Shown here piece after piece: positions 1 to 13,265 of a DNA stretch of 64,000 nucleotides; positions within the stretch are counted from its first letter, which is position 1, and every line of letters begins with the position of its first letter. The notes beneath the pieces are model-generated. The model was not told the DNA's origin. It saw only the letters and a list, made by a program, of their open reading frames with translations, and did not search any database. The position numbers and the translations under genes were made by a program. This DNA comes from Octopus vulgaris (taxonomy: Eukaryota). The stretch is taken from NCBI GenBank assembly GCA_951406725.2, contig OX597824.1:92814001-92878000 (forward strand), given 5' to 3'.

Positions 1-980
1 TAATCTAAACCTTCAACTCTTTTAGGACATAAAATCGCTATTGCTACTAACCTATCTAGGACGAAGTGTTTATGTTTCGTCAGACCTCAGAACTATTTCC
101 TATTTTACCGTCAAACGACTAATGCGAACTTTAAATATATTGATAAAATCTCCTCTCACCCGTCTAGTGTATTTAAAAACTTAATTCCAATCAAAAGCCT
201 TAGAACCACATAGCCTACTTCCAAAGAAGTATTTGAAAACGCTGCTCCATATTTTTAGGTGCCATAGGATAGCAGCTTTACTGATGCAATATTTTATAAC
301 CTACACCTCCTCTCTCAACTCGTCGTAAGAATATATTTCGAAAAATTGTATGGTTCGCCCAACGTCCACCTCCCTCTGTTTTTCCTTTAAAGCTAAGGCA
401 AATATAGGTAGAAGATTCTTGCAACAAATAGATATTCATTTAGTAGATATTTCTGGAAACCGTAGACACAGTAAGATCTTTAACAGACACTCGATTAAAA
501 TTAACATTTCTTCCACTAATGCTAAAAGATATATCATGAAGCAACCAGCGCGAACTCAAGCCTACCCTGGATGTACATGTAGAGACAAATTGAAATGTCC
601 TTTAGGGATAAATGCGATATATCCTCGTAGATTATGAAGCACAAGTAACTGTAACCCATGACGACAGTCGAATAGAAGTCAAGTGTGTTAACGGAGCAGT
701 GGAAGGAAGAATTTAAATTCAGATATAACATCCACCTAATCCGGGCAAGGCGGTGCTCTAGCATGATCGTAGTCCTATGACTGAAATACGATTCGTTATT
801 CGAATCATATTTCAAGAATTTGTAGAAATTTTCCTTCACGTAATATTATATAAGGCTTCGAACAGATCTTACAAAATCCAATTCCTTACACTTTCTGACA
901 GCGGAATGTCTCTCTATTAAACATTTATATAAATTTTTAAGAACTGCGAAAGATCACATGTTTTTATTATGAATGGGCTT
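1..980 (+). mobile_element. Degenerate Penelope-like element relic (RT thumb/linker to GIY-YIG region), probably Naiad-like lineage
   Basis: Hand translation gives KYIDKISSHPSSVFKNL...EVFENAAPY. ORF 350-637 has ANIGRRFLQQIDIH...KIFNRHSIKINISS...CTCRDKLKCPLG, followed by FKFRYNIH. These match PLE motifs SxHP, NIGxxFL, KIFNR, CxCx5CPL and FKxRYxxH. Many stops and frameshifts. Confidence 0.75.
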
Positions 981-1231
981 TGACAGTTAAACCTTCCGTT
1001 CTTTGACAGTACCTCCTAATATATATAGAGAGAGAACAGACCTTGGCTCGGTTTCAACTCATAAAGGAAATTGATATAATTCAGACCTGCAAGGCATTTT
1101 CCAAAATTCTACCGACATAACAATCTACCAAGCTTGCATTAAATAGAGATAATCACCCAAATGTTAATATTGAAGATAATAATACGAATCCGCCGCAGCT
1201 GCGCTATGAGAATATGTAGGTGTATATGTAT

Positions 1232-1832
1232 GACATTCTTCAGTTTTATTTCAAGATTTCTTGCCAATAGGAAAAGTTTCCTTCATTCATTAGAATTCTA
1301 ACGTCAACAACAGATAATTTTTTTTATATATCAGTATGTATGTATGTATGTATCTATGTATGTATTTTTGTATGAATGTATGTATGTATGCAAGTATATA
1401 TGTATGTATGTTTGTAAGATTTTTCTTTGGGTTTTATTTAGCTTTTTCTTAAGCGTGTTCAAGCCGGTTACTAACAGAGCAACAAGAATTTGGGGCTTAA
1501 GACAATTGCCGGTGATTGTAAATATGTGGTTGAGATGGTGAGTAGTTTGAGCTGTCGAGGCACACAACCAAGTCTGTGCATTTATTTACATAAGAATCTT
1601 AGATAGAAAATATTTGGAATGTCTTACAAATCATCACAATGCCACTAATAGCAAGGACTTAAAGAATTTAGATCAGTTCTGTTCTACTTTCTTCAAGAAA
1701 TCTAGTACTTATATGTATATCTGTAATTTTTCAGTTTTCATTCAAGATTTCTTGACAATAGAGAAAGCGTCAATTTCTAATCTAGATCCAAGGCTCTTTC
1801 ATTGGCAGTTCAACACCAACAACATCAAAATT
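1232..1832. repeat. Two copies of a ~100-bp dispersed repeat (about 1232-1320 and 1722-1832)
   Basis: Both copies share ttcagtttt(a/c)..tcaagatttcttg.caatag and end in caacaaca...aattt. Confidence 0.6.
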
Positions 1833-1834
1833 TA

Positions 1835-2621
1835 GAACAAGACCAGTAATTTCCGGGAAGAGGTAAATCGATCACCTCAACTTCAATTCTCCACTGTTTT
1901 TTTTTAATTTTATTTTATCGGTCTTTAATTAAAGAAAAAAACTGACACGGCGCCGTCCCTGCTCAAAAGGTAAACATGGATGAAATGCCGCTAAGCATTT
2001 TCCCCCGAGTGTTAACGATTCTAGCCGTTCGCCACCTTACGGTCATCATGTGTGTTTCGAATTTTGGTACAAGGCCAGTAATTTTGGAGAAATCTAAGTC
2101 GGTGCCATCGACCCCAGTACTCGTTTGGAACTTATGTTTTCGACCTAGGCGGAAATGGAACTCAGAATAAAAAAGATGGACGAAATTCCGCTAAGCATTT
2201 TTGCCAGGCGCGCTATCGATTCTTCCAGCTCGCCCTCTAGCGGCTGATATTCATATTTAGACTCAGTATGTATGAAAGGCCGAGGTGATTTGAACACGTG
2301 ACGAGAAAATAGGAAGCAAACGCTGTTCGAACTATTCTCGAATTATTATCGAAATCTCGGACCCCGAAAGATATCTGCGAGTAAGACATGAAGTTCAAGC
2401 TTCAATATTCTTTTCTATACTAGGCGCAAGGCCCGAAATTTTGGGGGAGGGGGCTAATCGATTACATCGACCCTAGTACGAAATTGGTACTCATATTTAT
2501 CGACTCCGAAAGGATGAAAGGCAAAATCGACCTCGGTAGAATTTGAACTCAGAACGTATAGACAGACAAAATCCGTTAAGCATTTTGCACGGCGTGCTTT
2601 CGATTGTACCAGTGCTGCCTT
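1835..2621 (-). mobile_element. Cluster of three tRNA-derived SINEs, family B (best copy 2407-2621)
   Basis: The minus strand of the best copy reads ttctgagttcaaattc (B-box-like), then gaggtcgattttgcctttcatcctttcggagtcgataaa...gtaccaat. The central domain resembles the Meta/Sauria-type SINE domain (recalled). Confidence 0.8.
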
Positions 2622-3030
2622 GTCATAGCTTCAAAATTATAACTCATTAACACTGCGTAACAAGCATCAATAATTACAAATATTTGTTAGCATGGGTGAA
2701 TAAACTCAAAATTCAAAGTTTTAGCAAACGAATTCGAACTCTGTTTGGTGAGGTTTATTTTATTAAATCATTAATAAATTGTATTCATTTAAACTTAGCA
2801 GGTATTTGTTTAACACCTTCTTGTTAAAATACGAAATTACTTTCCAAATAACCTATTTCACCTACGTTCATATACAGAACGCCCACAGACATTGACACAA
2901 ACACACATATATATATAGATAGATAGATTTGCATACATACCAACAGAAAAACACTCATGCACATACACACACACAGACATATATATGTATATATATACAT
3001 ACATATATACATACATACGTACATTCATAC

Positions 3031-3069
<39 letters not shown>

Positions 3070-3181
3070 CACACACACACGTGCATATATATATAGATAT
3101 ATAGAAATATACACATATATGTGTGAGGAGGTGTACAAACAATATCAGGCGTATAAATCTACGTGCACGAATGTATGAGTG

Positions 3182-3227
<46 letters not shown>

Positions 3228-3282
3228 ATTATATATTTGGGTGTGTCTACATATACATATATATATATATATGTGTGTGTGT

Positions 3283-3313
<31 letters not shown>

Positions 3314-4084
3314 GCTAGATAGTTAATGATATATTTATTTGGTTATTTATATATACATACACCTGCTTTTATGTATCCTATTTTCTTTATATATATATGG
3401 TGTGTGCATATATATTTGCAATGGTGTATTTGCATCTATCATTATATCTCATGCTAGCTGAACTGCTGTATGTGCACTGATATAGAAGAGCAGAAATGTG
3501 ATTGCGTGTCATTCATGTATTTGTCCTCGTGATTAACATCGCAGTTTCACGGATGGCAAGTTTATATAGGGATTCTATTCAAATCCAATTTCCACAATTT
3601 TGCGTGGTTGAGAGATAATTTGGCACGGAAGAATTGTCTCTTACATATTACATGTTCTGCATTACAACCATGTTTGTTATTTTCTTTCATTTTCCCTCCT
3701 TTATGAGATTCAAACATTAAACTTTGATTATATATTTATATTTTGCAGGATAAATATCAACATGAATTTTCGTTTATTCATATTTTGTATATCAATAGCA
3801 TTCAATTTTCATTATTACATAACTAATTTTAAAGATTTCGCTATAAACCACGAGAAATACATATTATACGGAGAACCTTAAATTAAAAATCTAGATGTGT
3901 CACTATTACATATTTGAATGCTGAATCACGATGGCAAATTATAATATCCTGTACGTGAGTTCAATAGTAGAAATGAATTTCTTGCTATTTTTTAATATTC
4001 GTTATTTTAAAGCTGGAATTTAGCAGATTTCTTAATATAGCTGACAAAATGTACAGTGATATTTCTCCCAAGTTTTAAACTTCT

Positions 4085-4468
4085 CAGGTCGAATTCCGAT
4101 AATATCATTTCAAGGTTGATAAATTAAGTATCTGTGATTCACTGGGGTCGACGTAATCGACTGGTCCTCTCTCCGAAAGTTTCGAGGACTTGCGCCTTCA
4201 CTAGAAAGGATTATTATTATTGTTCGTGTTGTTGTTATTAAGGCAGCGAACTGACAGTATCGTTACCACGCCAGGTAAGTTGCTTAGAGGCATTTCGTCC
4301 GTCTTTACGTTCTGAGTTCAAATGCCACCGGGGTCGACATTAACTTTCATCCTTTCGGGGTCGATAAATTAAGTATCAATGAAAGACTGGGGTCGATTTA
4401 ATTGACTGACCCCTTTCCCCTGCTTATAGTATGAAAGTTTATCATCATCATCATCATCATTAACATCA

Positions 4469-4523
<55 letters not shown>

Positions 4524-4750
4524 CATAATCATCATCATCATCATCATTAATGTGATGAACTAGAAGAAACGTTAGCAAGCCGGGCGAAACGCTTAGCGGT
4601 GTTTCGTCTGTTGCTACTTTCTAAGTTCAAACGCGACGAGGCTAGCTTTCATCGTTTCGGTCTTGATAATATACAAGAAACAGTTATGTACTGGGAGTCG
4701 ATGTATTCAAAGAAAACCCCTTCCAACCTAGTTGCTGGCCTTGTGTCATC
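4085..4750 (+). mobile_element. Three SINE family B copies separated by (ATT)n/(CAT)n
   Basis: aaggcagcgaactgacag...ttctgagttcaaatgccaccggggtcgacattaactttcatcctttcggggtcgataaattaagta at about 4240-4380. Similar copies start near 4085 and 4560. Confidence 0.8.
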
Positions 4751-5494
4751 ATTTTCAACAGTGTTCTTTGTTTCTTTTCCCTACAAAATCTTACACAACA
4801 ATTAAAAAATATTTTCTTCGATTTGTTTAAACGTCATCGATTTTGTAAGGCCCCATTTAGGATTGCCCCTTTCATACTTGACGGTCTTTATTTAATTATT
4901 TGATTTTTCATTCAAACATAAGATTAGTTTTCATTTAGCAACACATTAAGCTCGTGTACTGTGTTAATGTTTACCGTTGCATTTGCATTCAAGATGTCTA
5001 CCTGTGAATGTTTCAAAAAGAAGCGTATAGACTTGTAAAAAATTCTCAGTTTCCTGCACAAGCTTTTTATGTCTTTTGTCGACAGGAATGATATTTTTAT
5101 ATTTTTCATTTCTACTTTGAATGGTTGAGTTGTTTTTCTCTGTTTTCATGTTTTATACATATCCGGCTACATCTTAACATCTCTCATGAAATATTACTAT
5201 GGAGACGTCAACCTCTGTCACGGGTTAAACATAACATTTCTCATATTCAGAAAACAAAATCCTACCATGCAATTCGCTGCGACATCCTGCAATACAATAA
5301 CAGCAAGTTTTAATTTCATAAAATAACTCTTTTCCAATGATATTACATGAGAGCAAGGAAGGTAATCTCTCTTACAAACAAAGAAAGCCGCATTAAATAC
5401 GGGTAATTATTTTTCTTCATTCTAATTGGTTGAATCCATCCATCATTAAATTACGAGTGTTACAAGGAACTTGAAATGCAGTACCAACTGTTAA

Positions 5495-5875
5495 ATGGGT
5501 GGGTCGTCGGTTCCAAAACCGGCCCACTCGCGAGGCTAGACTGTTTAGGAATATCTAGATATCAATAAGAGCTAAAAGGCCTGCTATGAATCGGATAAAC
5601 CTATCGCCGTGAGAACGGTTATGAATTGCATAGTGACAAAGTAACAGGGTAGTTTGGGACCTAGCACACATTAAGAGGACCGGGAATGTTGGGCACATAC
5701 CTCTGAACAAAACATCCGTCTAGGAGATGCAAGATTTCATAATCAAAATTACACAAGTGTATGGGTAAATCTGTGTGATGTGACTGGCGTTGAGAGCATT
5801 CTATCCCTCCGGCAAAGAGTCAGTCTCACTCCGTCGGTACTCTACGAAAGCAGACAGATATGGGAAAATTGCATG
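5495..5875 (+). mobile_element. Possible RTE-type LINE 5'UTR relic
   Basis: GC-richer island containing cctctgaacaaaacatccgtctaggagatgcaag, which resembles RTE 5'UTR motifs as recalled. No ORF. Confidence 0.3.
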
Positions 5876-6334
5876 TCAAAAATATTTGATTCGGACGTTA
5901 ACAGAGCGTGTTTCTAAAGTCTACGGATTTTCCGCAATTTCTGCATCCAGTATTATCTCCGACCATCCCACTGATGTTCTACTGTTGTTCCCACATAATG
6001 GTTGGTGTTGACAGAGTGTGGATAATACAGAGTAAGTTCTCACCTCTCTCCATAATCAGATGATGTCATAGAATTAGTCTCAAGACGTCTTGAAACATAA
6101 AGCAGGTTAGCCTTCGGTAGTAACAAAATGCCGTTACTACACAAGTTTTCTTACCTGCAAGGTAGACAGAAGGTGTGTTGAAAGGGTAATACTAGTGACA
6201 CGCACTTCTACCTAGAAGCTGAAATGGCGTGTTGTAGAATTCATGGCATTTATCGATTACTGATGGATTAAAAACGTTGTAACATTGAATTACATTCTGG
6301 CACAATGACAGCAACGTGGAGGGCGAGATACGTC

Positions 6335-6780
6335 GGCTACATCGACCCCGAAAGCATGATAGGCAAAGCTGATCTCGGCAGAATTTGAACTAAGATCGTA
6401 CGGAATGCGGCAAAGCATTTTACCCTGCGTAGACGGCAATTTCAACAAGCTTATGATATCGTTTCCAAATACTTTCGGGGTCGATAAATTAGGTACCAGT
6501 TGCATACTGGAGTCGATCTAATCGACTGGCCTCCTCCCCCAAAATTTCGGGCCTTCTGCTTAGAGTAGAAAAGAATATCGTTTCCAAATTTTGACACAAT
6601 TTGAGGGGAGGAGCAAAATCAATGACATCAACTTCGGTGTTCAAGTGGAAGAGAGAATGAGAGGCAATGTCGACGACGGTGGCATTAGAACTCAGAATAT
6701 GAAGTCGGGGGAAATACTGTTAATCATTCCCCCCCCCACCCTCCTGCGCGGTGACGATTCTACACCTTCGCTGTCTTAAA
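6335..6780. mobile_element. SINE family B fragments in mixed orientation
   Basis: tttcggggtcgataaattaggtaccagttgcatactggagtcgatctaatcgactggcctcctcccccaaaatttcgggcc (+, about 6473-6577), with minus-strand fragments on both sides. Confidence 0.75.
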
Positions 6781-7719
6781 CAAGGTTATAATATTGAAAA
6801 ATCTGAATTTCAGAGGAATGTCATTTTATACGAATTAAGAATTATCTTTTCACTCATACCTTATATCTTTAAAAAAAAATCTACATATTCCTATCATTCA
6901 ATTAAACTGAACAGTAGCACGGCAATTAACATTATTTTCAAGCATTAATTAAACAAATTAATTCATATGAATTTATAATCGTTTCTTCATCGATCTAACA
7001 TTTTTAGAGCTGTGTTCTTGAAAAAGCGAATATGTCTATTGTCAGAGCGGCCACGAAGTCGACGCCATTGTAGAATAAAGCAGCCATTTTAGAAACGAAA
7101 TAAAGTCATAAAGTGGTGATAAAAATATGATTCATACTGCGATAAAAAAAATTCTATACAGTGAATTCCTTGAAATATTACTTCAGCAAGAAATCAAAAT
7201 AAATAAAAATCAAACACATCCGTGGATTTTATATTCTGCTTAGAGGAAGCCAAATATAACGGCACAATAATATAAAACTCAATATATTTCGTTTACCACA
7301 TAAACGTGCCAAGTAGTAAAGACGTGTCATATTTACCCTCGTTGAATGAGAATTTCGAATATCGTGACTTTGCTTGTTAGCTGACAAACGTGAAGGTGAG
7401 ATTGCTCTCCCATCGTCGAGCCACTCGCTTGTTCACTTGTATCACTAATGAATACAATCAATGAAGACGCTTAGTGATGAAATATAAAGCGAATCGATAT
7501 TATAAAACGCAAATTAATTCAACATTTAAACAGGGGGTGGAACGTTTTCTTTTCTGGGATCGCATCGGTGTAACGCACGTGCTTAAATACATCTGGGATT
7601 CATTGGTGAATATTGTGAATACTTAATTAACAGGAAAAAGAACATCTTTTCACAGCTCGGCGTGTACATCTATGTGTGTGTGTATGCGTGTGTTTGTGTG
7701 CACATCTCGTACTGCGGAA

Positions 7720-8390
7720 GCGCTTGACTAAATGATTAGGATATTTAGTTCACGACAGGATGGTCGTGAATTCGATTTGTGACGGCACCTTTTGTCCTTA
7801 AGCAAGACTTTATTTCACATTGCTGCAGTCAACTCCATTGGCAAAAATGAGTACTCTCTTTTACTCTCCTTTACTTGTTTCAGTCATTTGACTGCGGCCA
7901 TGCTGGAGCAACGCCTTTAATCGAGCAAATCGATCCCGGGACTTTTGTAAGCCCAGTACTTATTATATCGGTCTCTTTTGCCGAACTGCTAAGTAACGGG
8001 GACATAAACACACCAGCATCGGTTGTCAAGCAATGCTAGGGGACAAACACAGACACACAAACACACACATGCATATATATATATATATACATATATACGA
8101 CGGGCTTCTTTCAGTTTCCGTCTACCAAATCCACTCACAAGGCTTTGGTCGGCCCGAGGCTATAGTAAAAGACACTTGCCCAAGGTGCCACGCAGTGGGA
8201 CTGAACCCGGAACCATGTGGTTGGTAGACAAGCTACTTACCACACAGCCACTCCTGCGCCTAGTAGTACCTGTATTTCATAGATCCCTCCTTGTCACATT
8301 CTGTGTCACGCTGAATCTACGTCAGAACTACGAGCATAGAACGCGTGTCTGTAATGTGTTTAGCCATTTACACATTAATTTCTCTTTTGA
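7720..8390 (+). mobile_element. Older tRNA-derived SINE (family C) split by a family A insertion
   Basis: Head with a B-box-like gtcgtgaattcgattt, then gtccttaagcaagac...aaaatgagta. The element resumes at about 8262 as agtagtacctgtatttca...gtcacgctgaatc. Confidence 0.55.
7857..8260 (-). mobile_element. Full-length tRNA-derived SINE, family A
   Basis: Minus strand: ggcgcaggagtggctgtgtggtaag (A box), ggttccgggttcagtccc (B box), CORE-like ccttgggcaagt, internal (TA)/(TG) tract, 3' gactgaaacaagtaaa..gagtaaa tail. Highly similar to 11860-12270. Confidence 0.92.
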
Positions 8391-8449
8391 TAATTTTCTC
8401 CTTCCTCCCTATTTATAACTTTTTTTATAACCTTATGAACTTTCCAAGC

Positions 8450-8556
8450 TCTCTGCCGAAGCCCAGAGACACACCCAAGTACCTAAATCTTCAGTTCACT
8501 GAAGGAATATAAGTAGATTGGGGCACTTTGGCCTTTTGGCTGAAACAGCTGTAAGA
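8450..8556 (+). ncRNA. Type I hammerhead-like motif with long stem II (core CUGCCGA, A6 mutated)
   Basis: tct-CTGCCGA-agcc...(about 75 nt)...ggct-GAAAC-AGCT-GTA-aga. Stem III acagctgt is palindromic. Confidence 0.55.
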
Positions 8557-8558
8557 TA

Positions 8559-8615
8559 TTAACAATATACATACATGTATAGCATAATATGCTATACATG
8601 TATGTATATTGTTAA
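8559..8615. repeat. Perfect 57-bp palindrome (28-bp arms, 1-nt spacer)
   Basis: ttaacaatatacatacatgtatagcata-a-tatgctatacatgtatgtatattgttaa. Confidence 0.95.
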
Positions 8616-8788
8616 AATGGTTTCTTTAAAAAATACATAAATAGACAAAATATAATGTCTGAAAGTTGATGAATACCACCTCTTGATCTCCCCATTTTCT
8701 TATAGCTGTATATATATGTATACATACATATATATATTACAGTAGCATCCACCCTTACGGGTTAGCTATATTTAAACGGCAAATGTTC

Positions 8789-8844
<56 letters not shown>

Positions 8845-8883
8845 GGGAAACTTTTCAAAATGTATAAATGGATGACGAGTAAA

Positions 8884-8894
8884 GCGTGCAAATA

Positions 8895-8935
<41 letters not shown>

Positions 8936-9215
8936 CCCAGAAAATTATCTTATTTCAATTGACACTCCCGTGGAATGAGGAGTGTGGTGATGCCCATGAA
9001 GGGAAGCGTGAGAAATACGAGAACCTTCTGCAGTATGGCAGGGAGTAGGTACAGCAGGTATGGCTTCTCTCAGTTTAGGTTGGCCGTTGGGTTTTCTCTC
9101 CTCACTTGGCATGGAGGATGCATCTAGCCTTTGGAATGAGAGGAAAGGAGCAAACGATTTCTTTACGCGGGAATAATTGTCACATACATATATAAATACA
9201 TACATACATACATAT

Positions 9216-9273
<58 letters not shown>

Positions 9274-9305
9274 GTGCGTATATATACATATGTATATATA
9301 CACAC

Positions 9306-9377
<72 letters not shown>

Positions 9378-9653
9378 ATATGTATGTATGTATTTATATA
9401 TGTATGTGACAATTATTCCCGCGTAAAGAAATCGTTTGCTCCTTTCCTCTCATTCCAAAGGCTAGATGCATCCTCCATGCCAAGTGAGGAGAGAAAACCC
9501 AACGGCCAACCTAAACTGAGAGAAGCCATACCTGCTGTACCTACTCCCTGCCATACTGCAGAAGGTTCTCGTATTTCTCACGCTTCCCTTCATGGGCATC
9601 ACCACACTCCTCATTCCACGGGAGTGTCAATTGAAATAAGATAATTTTCTGGG

Positions 9654-9715
<62 letters not shown>

Positions 9716-9718
9716 CGC
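8884..9718. repeat. ~835-bp near-perfect spacerless palindrome
   Basis: The unique ~260-bp arms (about 8930-9190 and 9400-9659) are reverse complements. Mirror ORFs 8945-9412(-) and 9177-9644(+) end in an identical C-terminal sequence. The centre is catatg at about 9290. Confidence 0.95.
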
Positions 9719-9719
9719 G

Positions 9720-9888
<169 letters not shown>

Positions 9889-10420
9889 TTTCATCTAGAA
9901 AGTATATATATCGCTTAAAAATACGAAAACGATCTCAGTGAAAATCGATGCATTAATGCCATCAGGAACGAGAAAAATTATATCAGATGAGTTTTCAAAA
10001 GACTCTTAGTAATTGTATATAAACCTCAGAGGAACACGTACGAATTGTTATGTCAAAGGAAATAATAAGTATGTTTTATGACCTTCCCAGTGGTAATGTT
10101 GAATCTGCGAAAAAATAATTGGTCGATTGTCATTATAATCTGCAAACATTAATACTAAACTTACTTTTCATTGTAGTTCAGAAAAAAAAAAAAAAGAAAA
10201 AAAATGTTCTCTGAGCCCGAAGCAAATGAATCACGCAGACACGTGTTTGGAAACTTCTTAAATCTTCTGGAAATTCATTCTGCTGTATATTTTAAGGCCT
10301 TACTTTGCGTTGGTCTAATTGACCTAGAAACAAGTCCTTAGCAAAGCATTCGGGCAACATCTAATGCCAAGTATGTAAAAGTTCAATCTATATATATATA
10401 TACATATAGATAACAAAACA

Positions 10421-10475
<55 letters not shown>

Positions 10476-10637
10476 TGTGTGTGTGTATGTGTGAGTGTAC
10501 GTATATATGTGTGTATTTGTATGTATATATGTATGTATGTATGTATGCATATTTTTATATATTTATGCATCATGCATTCCTTTACGATATGTATATATAT
10601 ATATATGTATGTATATGTATATATATATGTATGTATG

Positions 10638-10694
<57 letters not shown>

Positions 10695-10711
10695 ATATAT
10701 ATCATATTCTC

Positions 10712-11022
10712 TTCATTCTTTCATTTGTTTTAGCCTCATTTGACTGTAGCCATGCTGAACCACTGCCTTTAGTGGAACGAATCGACCCCAGGACTTATTC
10801 TTTGTAAGTCTAGTATTTATTCTATCATTTTTTGGGCCGAAACACTATGTTACAGGGACGTAAAGAAACCAACATCGGTTGTGAAGTGATGTTGGTGGGA
10901 CAAACACACACAAACGTATATATATATATATATATATAAAACCTTTCAGTTTCCGTCTACCAAATCCACTCACAAGGCTTTGGTTGGCCATCGGCTATAG
11001 TAGAAGACACATGCACAAGTTT
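10712..11022 (-). mobile_element. SINE family A, 5'-truncated copy
   Basis: tcatttgactgtagccatgctg...tttcagtttccgtctaccaaatccactcacaaggctttgg. Confidence 0.85.
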
Positions 11023-11546
11023 ACTGCTGCATAATACTTTTCATAATCGCAATGCAAATACCAAAAATTTGTATAGGCCGATCTATGTAAAATGTTAGAG
11101 AAAGAATCCTGCTCGTTTATTGCAATAAATACCAATAAATACATCTTAAATATACATTAGAGAGCCCCTGACAAAAAAAAAATGGGCCCCTCAAAATCTA
11201 TTGAAGATACCCGATTTTCTATTGCCTTGTGTAGACCCCTAAACAATCTTATATGACTGATCAAGAGCCATATGAACCCCAGTCGAAAACCTCTGGTTTA
11301 AATGATACTGCAATAGATTTCTACGAAGTAAATGCGTCCCCTTTATAACAGTGAAATGAAGGAAGGGTTATTAAGAGGAAAGGAAGTAATTAAAGAAATA
11401 AAATCTAAATGTCATGCAGCCTAAAACCGTTTCTAATTCTGTTTATATATGTTCTCTTTAAGTGATAAACATCGCCTGGTTGGTGCCGTCTTCAAATTAG
11501 CATAATGGTGAAATGAACGTTCGAATTTGTTGCAAGATATACATAT

Positions 11547-11670
11547 ATGTATAAAAACTTGCATGTATGTTTAAAACAAATAAACACCATGCATAAAAAG
11601 TTGCATGTATGGTTACAACAAACACCATGTATAAAAACACGCATGTATAGTTAAAATAAATAAACGCCAT
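11547..11670. repeat. Minisatellite, three copies of ~40 bp
   Basis: atg(t/c)ataaaaa...gcatgtat..tta.aa.aaa...ac.cc repeated three times. Confidence 0.8.
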
Positions 11671-11859
11671 TTTACACACATAATGGTAAGAGAATAAGTT
11701 TCAAATTGGGGGTTGATTTTAGATGACATACAACTTTTTGCATTGATGATTCAATCTGATGTGTTTCATTATAAACGAAGAATCCGCAGAATTTTTTCCT
11801 AACTCACAGTTTTTATAAATCTGCACATAAATGTTCATAAGTCACACAAGCACTAACAC

Positions 11860-12270
11860 GCATGTGGCTGTGTGGTAAGTAGCTTGTTTACCAACCACAT
11901 GGTTCCGGGTTCAGTCCCACTGCGTGGCACCTTGGGCAAGTGTCTTCTACTATAACCTCCAGCCGACCAAAGCCTTGTGAGTGGATTTGGTAGACGGAAA
12001 CTGAAAGAAGCCGGTCGTATATATGTACATATATATATGCGTGCGTGTGTTTGCGTGTCTGTGTTTGTCCCCCTAGCATTGCTTGACAACCGATGCTGGT
12101 GTGTTTATGTCCCCGTTACTTAGCGGTTCGGCAAAAGAGACCGATAGAATAAGTAGTGGGCTTACAAAAGAATAAGTCCCGGGGTCGATTTGCTCGATTA
12201 AAAGGCGGTGCTCCAGCATGGCCGCAGTCAAATGACTGAAACAAGTAAAAGAGTAAAAGAGTAAAGAGTA
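11860..12270 (+). mobile_element. Full-length SINE family A
   Basis: gtggctgtgtggtaag...ggttccgggttcagtccc...ccttgggcaagtgtc...gactgaaacaagtaaaagagtaaaagagtaaagagta. Confidence 0.92.
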
Positions 12271-13153
12271 ATATACAAATAGGTGGGAAAGGGGCAGAGG
12301 GAGTGAGTGTATATGTGAAAAAGCGAATGTAATAGATATATATATATGTATTTATTTGGAATGTTTCAGGTGTTTTCTATTTCGCAAAGTACTGAATTCA
12401 TGAAAACATCACTTAAAATAAAACAGAAGCCATTGCAACAAACGATAAATTCACATTAATAACGTATTACAAAATCACTTAAACGAAAAACATTCTTATC
12501 AATGCGAAACCGCATGCACGTAAACCTGCAAACACGATACTGCTACATAATGCTTTTTATAATCCCATGCAGATGCAAAAATTGTATACTTTTTGGCTCT
12601 CTATTCATATATTGGTTATTTACTTAGGACGCTCTTGCGTTAAAATGTCTTAGTATGTACTTACAAGTGACTATTGTAATACTCCACACATCTCAAAGAT
12701 AAAACTACACATGAAATCTTTAGCAGTCAATAAGCTTTAAGCCAGAGATTTCGCCTTATCGATATGTGATTAAATACTGAAAGCAATGCTGAAAGAAATT
12801 ATTCAATTAAGAAGTAGACTTGTTGAACAAAAAAAACTGTCTACAGAAATATATGTTGTGAAGAACCATATCCATAAATCGAAGAATGAATGTTGGAAGT
12901 CCTGCAATAAATTCCACTCGAAGCACTATGGTTCCGCTGAATATGAACAGGAGCAGTAAAAGGGACGCATGATAGCTTTATCCGCTAATATGGAGGTATA
13001 GAGGTCTAGACGTTTTGATGGTGATTTTTTGATCATTAGTGTTCCAGACGAACTGGAAGGAACTTGTGAAAATGATATCTAAAGCATTGATCAGCGTTCG
13101 ATAAAAGAAAGTATGATTATTTCTCTACCTCTACTTATATATATTTATATAAG

Positions 13154-13265
13154 TCTACCTAATCCATTCACAAAGATTTGGCCGAGGCTATAGTAGAAGA
13201 CACATGCCCAAGGTTCCACGCAGAGGGACTGAACACGGAGTCATGTGGTTGGGAAGCAAGCTTCC
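13154..13265 (-). mobile_element. SINE family A fragment
   Basis: ccgaggctatagtagaagacacatgcccaaggttccacgcagagggactgaac. Confidence 0.8.

Noticed and set aside
1035-1100. Hammerhead-like GAAAC-CG with a ccttg/caagg stem on the minus strand
   Set aside because: The core box and cleavage triplet are both too degenerate to count.
7040-7660. CpG-containing unique region with YY1-like gccattt/cgccattg motifs
   Set aside because: Only short motifs are present, the minus-strand ATG frame closes after 8 codons, and there is no supporting exon structure.
8945-9644. Two 155-aa ORFs with identical C-termini on opposite strands
   Set aside because: They are a by-product of the palindrome and contain no recognisable domain.
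11547-11670. Regularly spaced repeats superficially like a CRISPR array
   Set aside because: This is a tandem minisatellite without unique spacers, in a eukaryotic context with no cas genes.
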